Positions 18,227-26,463 of a stretch of 64,000 bases of DNA are shown here, in pieces. Source of the DNA: a virus (Duplodnaviria > Caudoviricetes); the IMG/VR virus record IMGVR_UViG_3300030376_004742, positions 19,900-83,899 of that record. The stretch is one strand, 5' to 3'. Positions within the stretch are counted from its first letter, which is position 1. Every line of letters starts with the position of its first letter. The notes below the pieces were generated by a model that saw nothing but the letters and a program-made list of their open reading frames with translations, was not told the origin of the DNA and ran no database searches. Both the position numbers and the translations under genes were made by a program.

Positions 18227-18814
18227 ATGAAATCAAACATTTTCAAATTTATCGTTGCACTAGGTGCAGCAATCGCGTGCTTATTTCTTGCGTCATGTAA
18301 CAAAGAAGAAATTAAACCTAATCCACTGACTGAATCGTCTAAGGCAGCAGAGAAAAACGTAGATACCCTAGCGTTTTTAAGTGGCCAATGGTATATCAAT
18401 GAATTAACGAACGTAGGTCTGAATGATTTAGAATTAGATTACCTTAACATTAACACTGATGTACCAGCATATGCAGATAGTATGCCTAATCCATCAAATG
18501 TTGTAATTGAATTTTCATTGCAAGCTGCACCACTTCCTAGTTGGTTTATAGTAACTAACAACGGAACTCAAAGTATAGCAACTATTACTGACTTAACAAT
18601 TGTACCTGGTACAGATCCTTATGCTTTTGTTTATGAAATAACTTTACAATTAGGTAATGGCGATGTAAAAGATCTTGTTGTTGAAGTAACACATCAAAAT
18701 AATTCATCTTTAGCAGATGATATGATCGTAATTGGAGCGGTAACAGATCTTAATCCTTCTTGGGGTGCTAATGCAACAGCTTGGCAACAAATCAGAGGAC
18801 TAAGAATAAACTAA
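18227..18814 (+). CDS. Lipoprotein, probably surface-exposed (195 aa)
   Basis: Signal peptide with lipobox LAS-C followed by NKEE, matching the Flavobacteriaceae K-(D/E)2 lipoprotein export signal. Confidence 0.75.
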   Translation: MKSNIFKFIVALGAAIACLFLASCNKEEIKPNPLTESSKAAEKNVDTLAFLSGQWYINELTNVGLNDLELDYLNINTDVPAYADSMPNPSNVVIEFSLQAAPLPSWFIVTNNGTQSIATITDLTIVPGTDPYAFVYEITLQLGNGDVKDLVVEVTHQNNSSLADDMIVIGAVTDLNPSWGANATAWQQIRGLRIN

Positions 18815-18823
18815 TAACTTATT

Positions 18824-18854
18824 AAAGGGAATGCTAATGTGTTCCCTTTTTTTT
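18824..18854 (+). terminator. Rho-independent terminator
   Basis: AAAGGGAA/TTCCCTTT plus T-tract. Confidence 0.8.
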
Positions 18855-18875
18855 CAAAACCCAAAAACTAGAAAA

Positions 18876-19043
18876 ATGCCATTATTTAAAGTAGTAGCAC
18901 TTAACAAGAAAGGAAGATACTGCAGAGATAAAGTCGTAGCTAATTCAGTAGAAGAGGCTAAGATGGAATTTATGCGTAGAAATCCGCATTATGAGAAACA
19001 GCTTAAAGCGTTTGAACAAAAACCATTATCAATTAACAAATGA
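18876..19043 (+). CDS. Hypothetical protein (55 aa; start re-assigned from 18831)
   Basis: The upstream ATG lies inside the terminator; ATG at 18876 has an A-rich leader. Confidence 0.55.
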   Translation: MPLFKVVALNKKGRYCRDKVVANSVEEAKMEFMRRNPHYEKQLKAFEQKPLSINK

Positions 19044-19108
19044 TATTAACAATCAGTTTAGTAACAGTTTGCATACTAGGTATGTTTTGTGAAATGATAA
19101 ACAAGTAA
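19040..19108 (+). CDS. 22-aa hydrophobic peptide
   Basis: ATGA overlap with the upstream stop; MILTISLVTVCILGMFCEMINK. Confidence 0.4.
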   Translation: MILTISLVTVCILGMFCEMINK

Positions 19109-19147
19109 CAGCTCATAATATTTATTAACCTCATAATCTATTTATTT

Positions 19148-19360
19148 ATGAAAAATTTATTTATTATTATTGCAATCAGTATTACAGGAACATGTTTTGG
19201 ACTTACAACAGAAACATTAACAGTCAACAAAATAACAAAGAGTACTGACGTTACTTCCCTTACAGAAGGGGATTACAAAAGAAGAAAAAAGAGAAGAAGA
19301 AAAAAGAATAAAGGATGTTTTAACTCACGAAGAAAGTGGGATAAGAAATACTATATGTAA
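19148..19360 (+). CDS. Secreted peptide with polybasic C-terminus (70 aa)
   Basis: Signal-peptide-like N-terminus; KRRKKRRRKKNK tract. Confidence 0.6.
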   Translation: MKNLFIIIAISITGTCFGLTTETLTVNKITKSTDVTSLTEGDYKRRKKRRRKKNKGCFNSRRKWDKKYYM

Positions 19361-19455
19361 GATTCTTCCAACTAATTACAGGATAAACCGATGTCCTTGT
19401 ACTTTACATCAGGACGCATTGAAGAAATGTTAGTCCTATTTGTATTTGCACAATA

Positions 19456-19563
19456 ATGATAGGGGAATACATAACCTTATCCAGAGATCCCTTTGAACAG
19501 CGCATGTTCTTAAAGATATATGAATTAACATATGAGAGGTATATGAGAGGGATTCATCTCTGA
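19456..19563 (+). CDS. 35-aa hypothetical peptide
   Basis: MIGEYITLSRDPFEQRMFLKIYELTYERYMRGIHL; TAATG-coupled to an upstream 21-aa ORF (19391-19456). Confidence 0.35.
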   Translation: MIGEYITLSRDPFEQRMFLKIYELTYERYMRGIHL

Positions 19564-19615
19564 GGAGCTACCAGCATGACCAATGAAACCTTTGGTGCTA
19601 ATTTAACAAAATTAT

Positions 19616-19688
19616 AAATGTAGGGTAAGTGATTTTTAGTGGTTTTTAAGTTTTCATAATTTTTGATTTTTGAACTTACCCTACATTT
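19616..19688. repeat. Perfect 15-bp inverted repeat with a 43-nt T-tract loop
   Basis: AAATGTAGGGTAAGT (19616-19630)/ACTTACCCTACATTT (19674-19688). Confidence 0.9.
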
Positions 19689-19712
19689 TTCTTACCCCTT
19701 AATTATTATCAC

Positions 19713-19811
19713 ATGAGAATTACAAAAAGAAAAGTATTTAAAGTTATGGATAATGCAATTATCTTAATAGCTTTAACATCTGCAGCTATATTTACTGCAG
19801 TATTTAACTAA
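19713..19811 (+). CDS. 32-aa single-TM peptide
   Basis: MRITKRKVFKVMDNAIILIALTSAAIFTAVFN. Confidence 0.45.
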   Translation: MRITKRKVFKVMDNAIILIALTSAAIFTAVFN

Positions 19812-19835
19812 TTTATTAACATTAAAATTATTGAC

Positions 19836-20159
19836 ATGGCAGATATTCGTATTACCACACAATACTATGAAAACTATTCGGAGGCTCCATCTTATCCACA
19901 TTGGAAAAAGAAAGGAGGCCATGTGTTTGTCATAGAAGAAATTCATGAAGACTTATTATTTTATCTAGAAAAAGATGCTTTATTAAATATTATTAAGGAA
20001 TTAATAGAAGAAAAAAATACAGACTATTGGAGATATGAGTATTTAGATCACGAAGTAGATTTTGTAGGAGAGAATTACTCTATTACTGCAGATCACTTTT
20101 GTGAGAAATTACAAGTATTATTAGATAACAAATATAAGGAAGATGAAAAGAAAAACTAA
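19836..20159 (+). CDS. Hypothetical protein (107 aa)
   Basis: ORF on the block strand with an A-rich leader. Confidence 0.65.
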   Translation: MADIRITTQYYENYSEAPSYPHWKKKGGHVFVIEEIHEDLLFYLEKDALLNIIKELIEEKNTDYWRYEYLDHEVDFVGENYSITADHFCEKLQVLLDNKYKEDEKKN

Positions 20160-20373
20160 CAGAGAGAGCGTTGACGTTCTCCAATTTGATGGATTTGAAA
20201 GAACATTAATTCTTGAAGCCATTGAAACACATATGGAAAATCTTGAAGAAAGAACCTTAGCTATGGATGAATTAGGTAAAACACCTATATTTGCGCCTGG
20301 CTTTTGGAAAACTGTTGGAAGAGATTTAAAAATAAAAGTAGAAGCCTTATCAACTAAGAAAGAATTCAAGTAG
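20143..20373 (+). CDS. Hypothetical protein (76 aa)
   Basis: Overlaps the end of the previous gene. Confidence 0.6.
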   Translation: MKRKTNRESVDVLQFDGFERTLILEAIETHMENLEERTLAMDELGKTPIFAPGFWKTVGRDLKIKVEALSTKKEFK

Positions 20374-20935
20374 GAAAGTTTCCTGTTTGTTTTATTGGCT
20401 AAAATACTGATTGTGAGAAACCAAGAGGATGCAGATCCCCAAGATTTCACTAAACAGAGGATAGCTTTTGTAACCTGAAATACAACCCACATATATAACC
20501 CAACCCAATACTACCGATGAATAGGAAGAACAAAGATCAAGTTATCTTGAGCCTAATAAGTAGATTGAGGTTTTTATGATTATGACAACACAATAAGAAA
20601 AGTGGGAAATTGGAGCAAAAGTACACAATGATAAAGATGAATACCCATGGGAGGATTGCCTCTATTCTTTTATCAGCACTCTATTTATTTAACCTTAAAA
20701 TATTAACAACATTAAACACATTGACGACTTAGCTTAAGCTATTAATTACAACAGAGCTAGAAACGCATGGAATACTACGATAATGATAACCCTTGATAAT
20801 AGAACTGCAGAATGGGCTTGCCCAGTTAGATAGGGATATGTTTTTCAACAGTATACACATCACGCCTAGATCCTTGTAATATGCTGCCGCTGAGTCGTCA
20901 GTAGCTATTATATTAACCTTTAATTTAACAAAACA

Positions 20936-21385
20936 ATGAAAAATCTAATCATCATTGCACTATTGATGTGCAGTTCCGTATCTTTTGGTCAAGAAAAATA
21001 CGTAACTATGACAACACTTGACAAAAATGATCAACGTCTTAAAGATGAAACTATGTATGGTATAAGAATGAATTTTTATTATGCCGATCAAAATACTACA
21101 TGGGAAGCAGATGATCAACTTTTATTACGTTTTACTGGAGGAAAAACTCCTTCACGTATTACTACATATAATATTCAAAATATTGATACAATCTTTGTAA
21201 AAAATACAAATAAAATAAGTGTATTAATATTAGATATTATAGAATCAGAGATTAAAACAGTAGAAATCTACTTAACAGCAACAAAAACTGAGACTTATAT
21301 CTTAGATATGATTGCTACGAGAGATAATGATAATCGTACTGTCCTCTTTTCTGGCAATAATCTTGGACTTTATAAAATGCAATAG
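20936..21385 (+). CDS. Secreted/periplasmic protein (149 aa)
   Basis: Sec signal MKNLIIIALLMCSSVSFG followed by Q at +1 (Bacteroidota Q-rule). Confidence 0.7.
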   Translation: MKNLIIIALLMCSSVSFGQEKYVTMTTLDKNDQRLKDETMYGIRMNFYYADQNTTWEADDQLLLRFTGGKTPSRITTYNIQNIDTIFVKNTNKISVLILDIIESEIKTVEIYLTATKTETYILDMIATRDNDNRTVLFSGNNLGLYKMQ

Positions 21386-21423
21386 TCCAATTTTCACTTT
21401 GTAACCTTAATATCAATATACAA

Positions 21424-21693
21424 ATGCAAAACAAACGCAGAATTTACAGTCCTTCACAGGAAGCGTTAGAGGTTATCAAAGATGACCTTACGGCTAAAAA
21501 CCTGAAGAGTAATAACTCTACAGCAGTTAATTACGCAGTAAAATTTACAGCTGAACTTATCGCAAAATACGGTCAAGTAGATGCTACTACTGAAGCTTGT
21601 GCTAACACAAAGAAAAACTCTAATATACTTGGGTCTTTACTTTGTCTTTGTACAGGTGCAGCAATTTCTTTTATTGCTTTTTCAGTACTGTAA
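21424..21693 (+). CDS. Ribbon-helix-helix-like protein with C-terminal TM helix (89 aa)
   Basis: N-terminal RRIYSP..EALEVIK..L..K.....S.AV..AV pattern; hydrophobic C-terminus; fold is a guess. Confidence 0.55.
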   Translation: MQNKRRIYSPSQEALEVIKDDLTAKNLKSNNSTAVNYAVKFTAELIAKYGQVDATTEACANTKKNSNILGSLLCLCTGAAISFIAFSVL

Positions 21694-21794
21694 CAACATT
21701 TAAATTACCGGTGTCAAATTAAATAGTGCATTCCTTTATGGAGTCAGTACACTACTGCGCCTAGTAATTTATTGATATTATTACTATATATATT

Positions 21795-22628
21795 ATGATT
21801 AAATACCAAAAAACTAAAACTTTAGTAACTAAACCTAACAATAATAGTGCAAATTGTATAGCACCAAACATCATTTATGGTTGTTTTGGTGGTTGTGTCA
21901 ATACGTATTGTTATATGTCTAGGTATAATGGTCAACGAGTTTTTGTAAATGAAAATGTAGACGATGTATTTAATTCAGTTGTAGAATGGGAGAAAACTTA
22001 TACGAAAGTTCCTGATCAACAGGATCCTAAGTATACAATGGTAGATGTAGCTTGTAATTCAGACTTAGTCTTAATGCAAAAACATATGCCTGAACCTTTA
22101 ATTGATTATCTAAAAAGATATGATAATCATTCACAATTGAATAGTACAATGGCTACTAAGTATCCAGGCTTATTAAAACTTGATGTAAATCATTTTAATA
22201 AACCACCAAGAGTACGTGTAAGTCTGATGCCTCAAAAGTATTCTAATATTTTAGAACCTAAGATGCAAAAGATTACAAGTAGAATTAATGATATTAATAG
22301 GTTAAAAGATTTAGGTTGGGAAGTTCATATAAACTACTCACCTTTAATATTTTATCCTGATTGGCATGATCAATATAATGACTTATTTAAAGAAGTTAAG
22401 GAACTTGCCGGTGAAAATAAATGTGAAGTTATTGCTTTAACTAATCACAACAATCAAATGAAAAAGAGTTCACCAGAAGCTCAGGAGCTAATGAAATATA
22501 GCAATGAAATAAAAAATAATTCTGGTGTAATGAGATATCCTTTGATACACAAAACACGTAGACTTAATGAATTTAAAGCAATATTTCAAGAATATTTTGA
22601 TTTAAAAACAATTAGGTATATATTTTAA
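21795..22628 (+). CDS. Spore-photoproduct-lyase-like radical SAM protein (277 aa)
   Basis: IAPNIIYGCFGGCVNTYCY Cys cluster; RVSLMP and INYSP motifs typical of the SPL family. Confidence 0.7.
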   Translation: MIKYQKTKTLVTKPNNNSANCIAPNIIYGCFGGCVNTYCYMSRYNGQRVFVNENVDDVFNSVVEWEKTYTKVPDQQDPKYTMVDVACNSDLVLMQKHMPEPLIDYLKRYDNHSQLNSTMATKYPGLLKLDVNHFNKPPRVRVSLMPQKYSNILEPKMQKITSRINDINRLKDLGWEVHINYSPLIFYPDWHDQYNDLFKEVKELAGENKCEVIALTNHNNQMKKSSPEAQELMKYSNEIKNNSGVMRYPLIHKTRRLNEFKAIFQEYFDLKTIRYIF

Positions 22629-22638
22629 ATTATAAACA

Positions 22639-22722
22639 ATGGACAAATACGGAATACAAATATTAATCGCTTATTTAGTATGCTTAGGTATACTATTATT
22701 AATAGGCTTATACACCACTTAA
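22639..22722 (+). CDS. 27-aa single-TM peptide
   Basis: MDKYGIQILIAYLVCLGILLLIGLYTT; fills the gap between two genes. Confidence 0.5.
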   Translation: MDKYGIQILIAYLVCLGILLLIGLYTT

Positions 22723-22725
22723 CTT

Positions 22726-23511
22726 ATGACAGACATAGTAATAAAACTAGCTAATCTTAGAGAAGACGCTATAAATAATGCATATTGGATTGCTATTGAT
22801 AATTACTCTAAATCAGATTTTAATTATAACATCAAAATAGGAGATATTTTATCAATTGAAAAAGTTTATGCTAATGATGAGCGCACTCAGATTTATTTAG
22901 ATATGAGAAATCTAGACACTGAAGACTTTTATGAAGAAATTGCATATGATGACTTAGGGTTTATGATGGTTGATAATCTAGCAGAAGCAGAGGGGATCGC
23001 AGATGATCTTTTTCACGAAGAATGTATGCGACAACACAAAAATAATGAACTTAAGCTAAGAGACGATCGTGATTTTGCTCAAAGCTTAACAGAAGACGAA
23101 GACAGTTTAAACTGTAAATATAAAATTGGTTCTTACGTAGAATTTAACACGGGTAGTTGTGAGATTCTTGGTAGGGTAAGAACTAACTCTATAGAAATTC
23201 TTAATGAAGATTGGAATACTCTATTTGAGGAATTAGACATCTACCGCGACGACAATGGTAACTATCGTGTAAACGGTATGGAAATACGTAAGTGTGGTAG
23301 TGGTGATGGCTTTTATCTTAATGCTACTTACAATCAACTTGCAATGGACAGCGTTATAGATTACTTATTAGCACAATGTGCTGTTGAGGAATTTGAAAAC
23401 GAGCATGTAGAATCTAATGAAGTAGTAAACAAAGTACCTACAGCTAAAGAAATGTTATATAGTAGCACGGATTTAGACAATTTAACAGTAAGAAAACTTA
23501 CTATTTATTAA
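22726..23511 (+). CDS. Acidic hypothetical protein (261 aa)
   Basis: Long ORF; no motif recognised. Confidence 0.75.
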   Translation: MTDIVIKLANLREDAINNAYWIAIDNYSKSDFNYNIKIGDILSIEKVYANDERTQIYLDMRNLDTEDFYEEIAYDDLGFMMVDNLAEAEGIADDLFHEECMRQHKNNELKLRDDRDFAQSLTEDEDSLNCKYKIGSYVEFNTGSCEILGRVRTNSIEILNEDWNTLFEELDIYRDDNGNYRVNGMEIRKCGSGDGFYLNATYNQLAMDSVIDYLLAQCAVEEFENEHVESNEVVNKVPTAKEMLYSSTDLDNLTVRKLTIY

Positions 23512-23536
23512 TCAATAACCCCAAATTATTTCAATT

Positions 23537-23977
23537 ATGGCAAAATCAGAATTTGCATTAGTGAACAAAATCATAGCGCATTACGAGCTAGGTGAAGCAG
23601 GTAAATTAGAAACTTTCTTTGCAAAAGTACGTAAAACATTAGCGCGTGAGGTTGAAACTCTTAACAAAAGAGTTGAGTTATTAGAATTTAACTACCAAAG
23701 ATCAATGGAAGATTTACAAGAACAAATTACAGATGCTGAAGAAGCATATGATAATGCGTTTTTACAAATCAATGTGGAAGATGCTACATCTAACGCTGAT
23801 ATTGATCAGTTAATTCCTCAGTATTGGAGAGGTATTGAATTAGCTAAAGCTAATTTAGAAACTCTTAAAGAAAAAAGAGACACTATTACGGAAGCGTATG
23901 AAGAGTCTAAGAAAGAGGAAGGTGCACAAATCATTGAACGTGAGCACCGTTTAGAAGTTATTTCAGCTGGAAATTAA
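23537..23977 (+). CDS. Coiled-coil hypothetical protein (146 aa)
   Basis: Heptad-rich helical sequence followed by a terminator. Confidence 0.75.
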   Translation: MAKSEFALVNKIIAHYELGEAGKLETFFAKVRKTLAREVETLNKRVELLEFNYQRSMEDLQEQITDAEEAYDNAFLQINVEDATSNADIDQLIPQYWRGIELAKANLETLKEKRDTITEAYEESKKEEGAQIIEREHRLEVISAGN

Positions 23978-23994
23978 AAACAGCCAATTCAATT

Positions 23995-24027
23995 AGTCAA
24001 GGGAGGTCAAACTCCTTTGACTTTTTA
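23995..24027 (+). terminator. Rho-independent terminator
   Basis: AGTCAAGGGAG/CTCCTTTGACT plus T5. Confidence 0.85.
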
Positions 24028-24211
24028 CTAGAGTTTGACACCTATACAAAAACTATGATGATGGAAGTGTCCGGGAAATCATCCAACTCTTTTAAGATTT
24101 TCGTGAGGTTTAAGGTTTTTCTTGCACATTAACAAAGAAAATCCCAAGGTTAAAGATGCCCAGAGAGTGATGACTCTGGGCGTTATTTTATTAATATCAA
24201 AAATAAAGAAG

Positions 24212-24448
24212 ATGATTAAAGAAAAATTTACCGTACATTATGCGTGTGATGATAATGATGATCATACAGCACTTATGTCAGAATGCAAAGATTCAGGTAT
24301 AGTAGAATTTAATACCTTAAAAGAAACAGAACAATTCATTACCGAGTGTACTTATGTCTATAATTTAGATGAAGTGCTAGGCAATACCGTAGATTCTAAA
24401 CCCGTACCAAACCCTATCCTGGTACAGATTGAAGAAGACTACATTTAA
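24212..24448 (+). CDS. Hypothetical protein (78 aa; start re-assigned from 24122)
   Basis: In-frame ATG at 24212 after an A-rich leader; upstream part is hairpin-rich. Confidence 0.55.
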   Translation: MIKEKFTVHYACDDNDDHTALMSECKDSGIVEFNTLKETEQFITECTYVYNLDEVLGNTVDSKPVPNPILVQIEEDYI

Positions 24449-24471
24449 TAACCCCCATAACGTGTATTACT

Positions 24472-26463
24472 ATGATTAAATTGATCACAAATCAAACTAG
24501 CATAGAAACGCCTTATGAATTAGCAACTATAGAAGAATGTGTGAACTATTGTCAAACCAAAACCCTGCTCGGATTAGATATTGAAACTACGAGAAAATAT
24601 AATAAATGGTTTGATATAGAAGGGCTTGACCCTCACACTTCTGATATAGTTATGCTTCAAATTGGTGATATAGATGTACAATATATAATAGATACAAGAA
24701 ATGTAGATATTACATCTTTATTGCCTGTTCTTACTAACAAAGATATTACTTTAGTTGGTCATAACATTAAGTTTGAATATAAACACATCTTATCTAAGTA
24801 TGGTGTAAGGATTAATGCCTTATATGATACAATGGTAGTGGAAAAAATCTTACATAATGGATATAGACTAGAAAATTCTCTAAAAGCGTTAAACCAACGA
24901 TATTTAGAGATTGAAGTAGATAAAACAATTAGACTTAGCTTCCTAACTATAGGAGACAGACCATTTACTACAGAAGAAATTAAGTATGGTGCTGAGGATA
25001 TTGAATTACCTTTAAAAATTAGAGAATTTCAGTTAGTTGAAATACAAAAGAAAGATTTAGCCAATGTAATTAGGCTAGAATTTAGAGTTACTGCTGTTAT
25101 TGCAGAGATGGAGTTCAATGGTATGAACTTTAACAAAGAAAAATGGCTTAATACATATCAAAAGAACTTAATAAAGTTTAAAGATCAAACTAGACAATTG
25201 GATATCCATGTTATGGAAAATTATCCTGACTCTAAGTTTGTTGATAAACAATTAGATATGTTTAATCCTGGATTCACATGTGCCATTCAATGGTCGTCTT
25301 CTAAGCAAGTAGTTGAGTTCTTTAAATTCTTAGGTTGTTGCCCTTTAGCAAAATCTAAGACAACAAAGAAAATGACTTATACAGTTGAGGCAAAAGAAGT
25401 AGAAGCACTATTAGTTACTGCGGATTTATCAGATAAAGTTAGAGAATTTGTTAAGTTGTATTTAAATACAATGGAATATAGACAAGCTGTAACTACATTT
25501 GGCGAAAACTTCTTAAAACACATCAATCCTGTTACAGGAAGAATACATTCAAACTATAACCAACTTGTTAATACAGGTAGAATGAGTTCTAGTTCTCCTA
25601 ATCAACAAAATATTCCATCTACTTTAGATATGGATTATGATGATGGAGACCCTAGACAAGATCAATTTAGGTATGCATTTGATGCTCCTGAAGGTTGTAG
25701 TATGATTAATGCAGATTATTCAGGTCAAGAAAGTATAATATTAGTAAACAAGTCTATGGACAAAGATTTATTAACATTTTACGACGGAGACTTTAATGAT
25801 ATGCACTCTTACATTGCATCTAAATTATTTCCAGATGAGTTATCTGGTATAGATTTAAATGATATAAAAAAGGAAAGACCCGACTTAAGGCAAATTGCTA
25901 AAGGTGCAGGTTTTGCCTTAGCTTATGGTGGTAATGGTCATACTATTGCTAAAAACCTAGGTTTATCAAGTGAAAGAGGAGAAACAGTATTCAATGATTA
26001 CTTTAAAGCTTTCCCAGGACTCTTACAGTTCTTTGAAAAAAGTAAAGCTGAAGCATTAAGCAAAGGTTATATATTAATAGACAAAGTCTCTAAACGTAAA
26101 TTTTATTACAAAGATATCAAAGTTCTTAGAGCTGCAGAGTATCGTGGAGATGTTAGAACTGTTAATAAATTTAAAGGTAGTATGGAACGTGCCGCTATGA
26201 ATTATATTATTCAAGGTGAAGCCGGAAGTATTACTAAATTTGCCTTAGTACTTATTTATGATGAGTTAACTGCCAAAGGTTTATTAGATAAAGTTAAAAC
26301 TGTAGCAACTGTACATGATGAAATTATTTTAGAAAGTACAACAGCTTATGAAAAGTATGCTGCTGAAATGTTACAGAGAAATATGGAAAAAGCTGGTAGT
26401 GTATGGTGCAAAAGAGTACCACTAAAAGCTGAAGCATGTATTGAACAATATTGGACACACTAA
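24472..26463 (+). CDS. polA: DNA polymerase family A with 3'-5' exonuclease (663 aa)
   Basis: ExoI LDIET, GHNIKFE, motif A ADYSGQE, motif B RQIAK...FALAYG, motif C VHDE. Confidence 0.95.
   Translation: MIKLITNQTSIETPYELATIEECVNYCQTKTLLGLDIETTRKYNKWFDIEGLDPHTSDIVMLQIGDIDVQYIIDTRNVDITSLLPVLTNKDITLVGHNIKFEYKHILSKYGVRINALYDTMVVEKILHNGYRLENSLKALNQRYLEIEVDKTIRLSFLTIGDRPFTTEEIKYGAEDIELPLKIREFQLVEIQKKDLANVIRLEFRVTAVIAEMEFNGMNFNKEKWLNTYQKNLIKFKDQTRQLDIHVMENYPDSKFVDKQLDMFNPGFTCAIQWSSSKQVVEFFKFLGCCPLAKSKTTKKMTYTVEAKEVEALLVTADLSDKVREFVKLYLNTMEYRQAVTTFGENFLKHINPVTGRIHSNYNQLVNTGRMSSSSPNQQNIPSTLDMDYDDGDPRQDQFRYAFDAPEGCSMINADYSGQESIILVNKSMDKDLLTFYDGDFNDMHSYIASKLFPDELSGIDLNDIKKERPDLRQIAKGAGFALAYGGNGHTIAKNLGLSSERGETVFNDYFKAFPGLLQFFEKSKAEALSKGYILIDKVSKRKFYYKDIKVLRAAEYRGDVRTVNKFKGSMERAAMNYIIQGEAGSITKFALVLIYDELTAKGLLDKVKTVATVHDEIILESTTAYEKYAAEMLQRNMEKAGSVWCKRVPLKAEACIEQYWTH

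Noticed and set aside
19474-19602. SAM-I riboswitch-like words (CTTATCCAGAG, GAGAGGGA, GCA..ACC, GGTGCTAATT)
   Set aside because: The elements are too far apart, there is no P1 (AUC/GAU) closure or P4, and L2 cannot pair with J3/4. The region also reads as a 35-aa ORF. An Infernal search would settle it.
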